Positions 26,605 through 28,355 of a stretch of DNA of 28,355 bases are shown piece after piece. The translations under genes and the position numbers were made by a program. This DNA is from Candidatus Woesearchaeota archaeon (GTDB lineage Archaea; Nanobdellota; Nanobdellia; SCGC-AAA011-G17; JACPNG01). The stretch lies in NCBI GenBank assembly GCA_964491045.1, contig CAZBFA010000001.1, forward strand, positions 1 through 28,355, given 5' to 3'. The notes below the pieces were generated by a model. The model searched no databases. It was given only the letters and a program-made list of their open reading frames with translations, and was not told where the DNA came from. The number at the start of each line of letters is the position of its first letter. Position 1 is the stretch's first letter.

Positions 26605-27162
26605 ATGAATAAAACATACCTATGGATAGGGGCTGTTCTGACCTTTACTATAGCGATTGTTTTGATTTATGTTGGTTTAATCATTTTTGGTGGTGTAAGC
26701 TTATGGCCTGCTTGTACCCAAGTAGACTGTGGTGATGTGGTCACTTTTAACCTTCCTGGTCTTTTGCTACCAAGAGATTTTATAGTGTCTGTCAATGGAT
26801 TGTCTTATGATAGCTGTTTAGATGGTTATTTTAAAGGGCCGAACATCGTTCAAAAGAGGTTTAATGTAGACACAGCTTCTCGAAATCCATCTTGGCGGCT
26901 TATAATATATCCAAAAGGTTTGGATAATACAAAAGGAGACATCACTAGCATTAACTTTGATGCAAGGCGAAATGGCGAGTTAATGAAAAGCATATATTTA
27001 ATTATTGAAAAGCGCCCTGATTGTTCAAAACCAGAAACAAGTGTCTTGTTAAAGAAAAGCATCCCTATAAAATATACCAAAATTAAACCTAATAAAGGCC
27101 TGTTTTGTGGTCCAACATGTCGCGTATCCAGAATCACAATATCTGATTTTCTAGAAAAATAA
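26605..27162 (+). CDS. Hypothetical protein with N-terminal membrane anchor and Cys-containing extracellular domain
   Basis: Hydrophobic residues about 5-32, then six Cys. No family recognised. Confidence 0.65.
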   Translation: MNKTYLWIGAVLTFTIAIVLIYVGLIIFGGVSLWPACTQVDCGDVVTFNLPGLLLPRDFIVSVNGLSYDSCLDGYFKGPNIVQKRFNVDTASRNPSWRLIIYPKGLDNTKGDITSINFDARRNGELMKSIYLIIEKRPDCSKPETSVLLKKSIPIKYTKIKPNKGLFCGPTCRVSRITISDFLEK

Positions 27163-27204
27163 TCTTCGTGAATCTTTATAAACCTTGAATAATCTCGGTT
27201 TAGC

Positions 27205-27564
27205 ATGGCATTATCTCAAAGCATCAAGGGTCTAGGAAAGAACATGCTTTTGGCAGGTAGTTTAGTGGCATTATTAAGCAGCACTGGCAAGGGCACGGAT
27301 TTATGGCAGATCTCTGGCACAGTTGAGTCAGAAAAGCGAAGTGAGACATGGTACCAGGTTACAGTAAAAGACCCCTCAATGAAGTTTGTCACATACAAGG
27401 ACGACCTCAAAATCAGGTTTTACAGCAATACTTTTGACATAAAAGACCTGGATCAAAAGATAAAACCAGGCACTAAATTGTCAGTTACAGCTGAAGAAGT
27501 TCTCGGTAGAGATAGGGATTATGAATTGCTGGCCATAGGCGTTGACAAGATAGAAAACCCCTAA
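27205..27564 (+). CDS. Hypothetical secreted or membrane-anchored small beta-rich protein
   Basis: Signal-like N-terminus; TATA TTTATAAA at 27175-27182, about 26 nt before the ATG. Confidence 0.65.
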   Translation: MALSQSIKGLGKNMLLAGSLVALLSSTGKGTDLWQISGTVESEKRSETWYQVTVKDPSMKFVTYKDDLKIRFYSNTFDIKDLDQKIKPGTKLSVTAEEVLGRDRDYELLAIGVDKIENP

Positions 27565-27702
27565 AAAAGCCTAAAATAACTAATAAATACTCTAAAGCTT
27601 CGCACAACCAATATTAACTGTAGTTTGTTTTTTGTGTGCGAATGTATTAATCAAGGAGTTAGCACAAATAATTATATATGCGAACGTCCCTTATTCCGTA
27701 TT

Positions 27703-28176
27703 ATGAAAATTATTAAGTGCCAGAATTGTGGCGAGGAAAAAGAACATCAAGCAAAAGGATTATGCTATCGCTGTTATAAGAAGATTCTATGGAAACCAAG
27801 ACTCATAGTATGTAAAAGATGTGGAAGAGAAATGCCCCTTCATGCAAAAGATCTGTGCTCTGGCTGCTATAACTTTGTATTCCATTTAGACACCAATAAA
27901 GCATATAATCATAAGAAAAGGTACGGATTGGATATGCCTGCATATAAAAAAATTACAGAAAAATGCGCTATCTGCGGGTTTAATAATTTTGTGGATTTGC
28001 ATCATCTAAACGGGGATAAGAAGAACAATACAGAAAGCAATCTTGTTGGTTTATGCCCAAACCACCATAGAATGCTGCATGATTTCAGGTATAAAAGCCA
28101 GATTATTAAGGCCTTAAAAGATAAAAATTATGTTTTCGCTTATGACGAAGAAAAAATCAAGTTTCTTAATGCTTAA
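27703..28176 (+). CDS. HNH endonuclease with two N-terminal Zn-ribbon repeats
   Basis: CQNC...HQAKGLCYRCY, CKRC...HAKDLCSGCY, then CAICG...DLHHLNGDKKNN..SNLVGLCPNHHRMLH. ATG 27703 preferred over TTG 27625 (TATA at 27672-27679). Confidence 0.88.
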   Translation: MKIIKCQNCGEEKEHQAKGLCYRCYKKILWKPRLIVCKRCGREMPLHAKDLCSGCYNFVFHLDTNKAYNHKKRYGLDMPAYKKITEKCAICGFNNFVDLHHLNGDKKNNTESNLVGLCPNHHRMLHDFRYKSQIIKALKDKNYVFAYDEEKIKFLNA

Positions 28177-28355
28177 AACATTTAATCAATGTGCAGATGT
28201 TTTCTATGATAAATCTTTTTATCTTTGCTAAGAAGTTTTAATTAGCAAAAACTCAAGAAATTAAACAAATTTTAATCATGATTTATATCCATAATCTATA
28301 TCCTCAAATTTTCTCGAATTACGCAATGTTTTTATGTGTTTGAGCTCTGCATAAA

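Overview
Archaeal chromosomal segment, inferred to be DPANN/Nanobdellota (probably Woesearchaeales-like) from gene content, compact overlapping genes and leaderless TATA-driven starts. Its core is a replication locus: cdc6/orc1-DP1-DP2 (PolD) next to an AT-rich candidate oriC with two ORB-like boxes. Around it are a split Hef (helicase + ERCC4 nuclease), PAN, ThpR, an arginase-family enzyme, TraB with a degenerate M50 protease, a TctA-like permease, ArgRS, two PRC-barrel proteins, three tandem membrane paralogues and accessory genes (HD hydrolase, trypsin-like protease, zincin, HNH nuclease). No rRNA, tRNA or CRISPR array was seen. Most striking: (1) the DP2 intein has an in-frame TAA between its two LAGLIDADG motifs and ends in Arg rather than Asn/Gln/Asp, directly before the catalytic CDGDE. 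(2) A module at 24.4-26.5 kb has a palindromic operator, a wHTH gene, an 11-bp direct-repeat array and two convergent coiled-coil/linker/HTH genes. One of these genes carries a third, strong ORB-like box plus an (ATTC)n tract in its coding sequence and is split by a 1-nt frameshift in that region. This is a candidate uncharacterised origin or segregation system. All analysis was by eye; no database searches were run.
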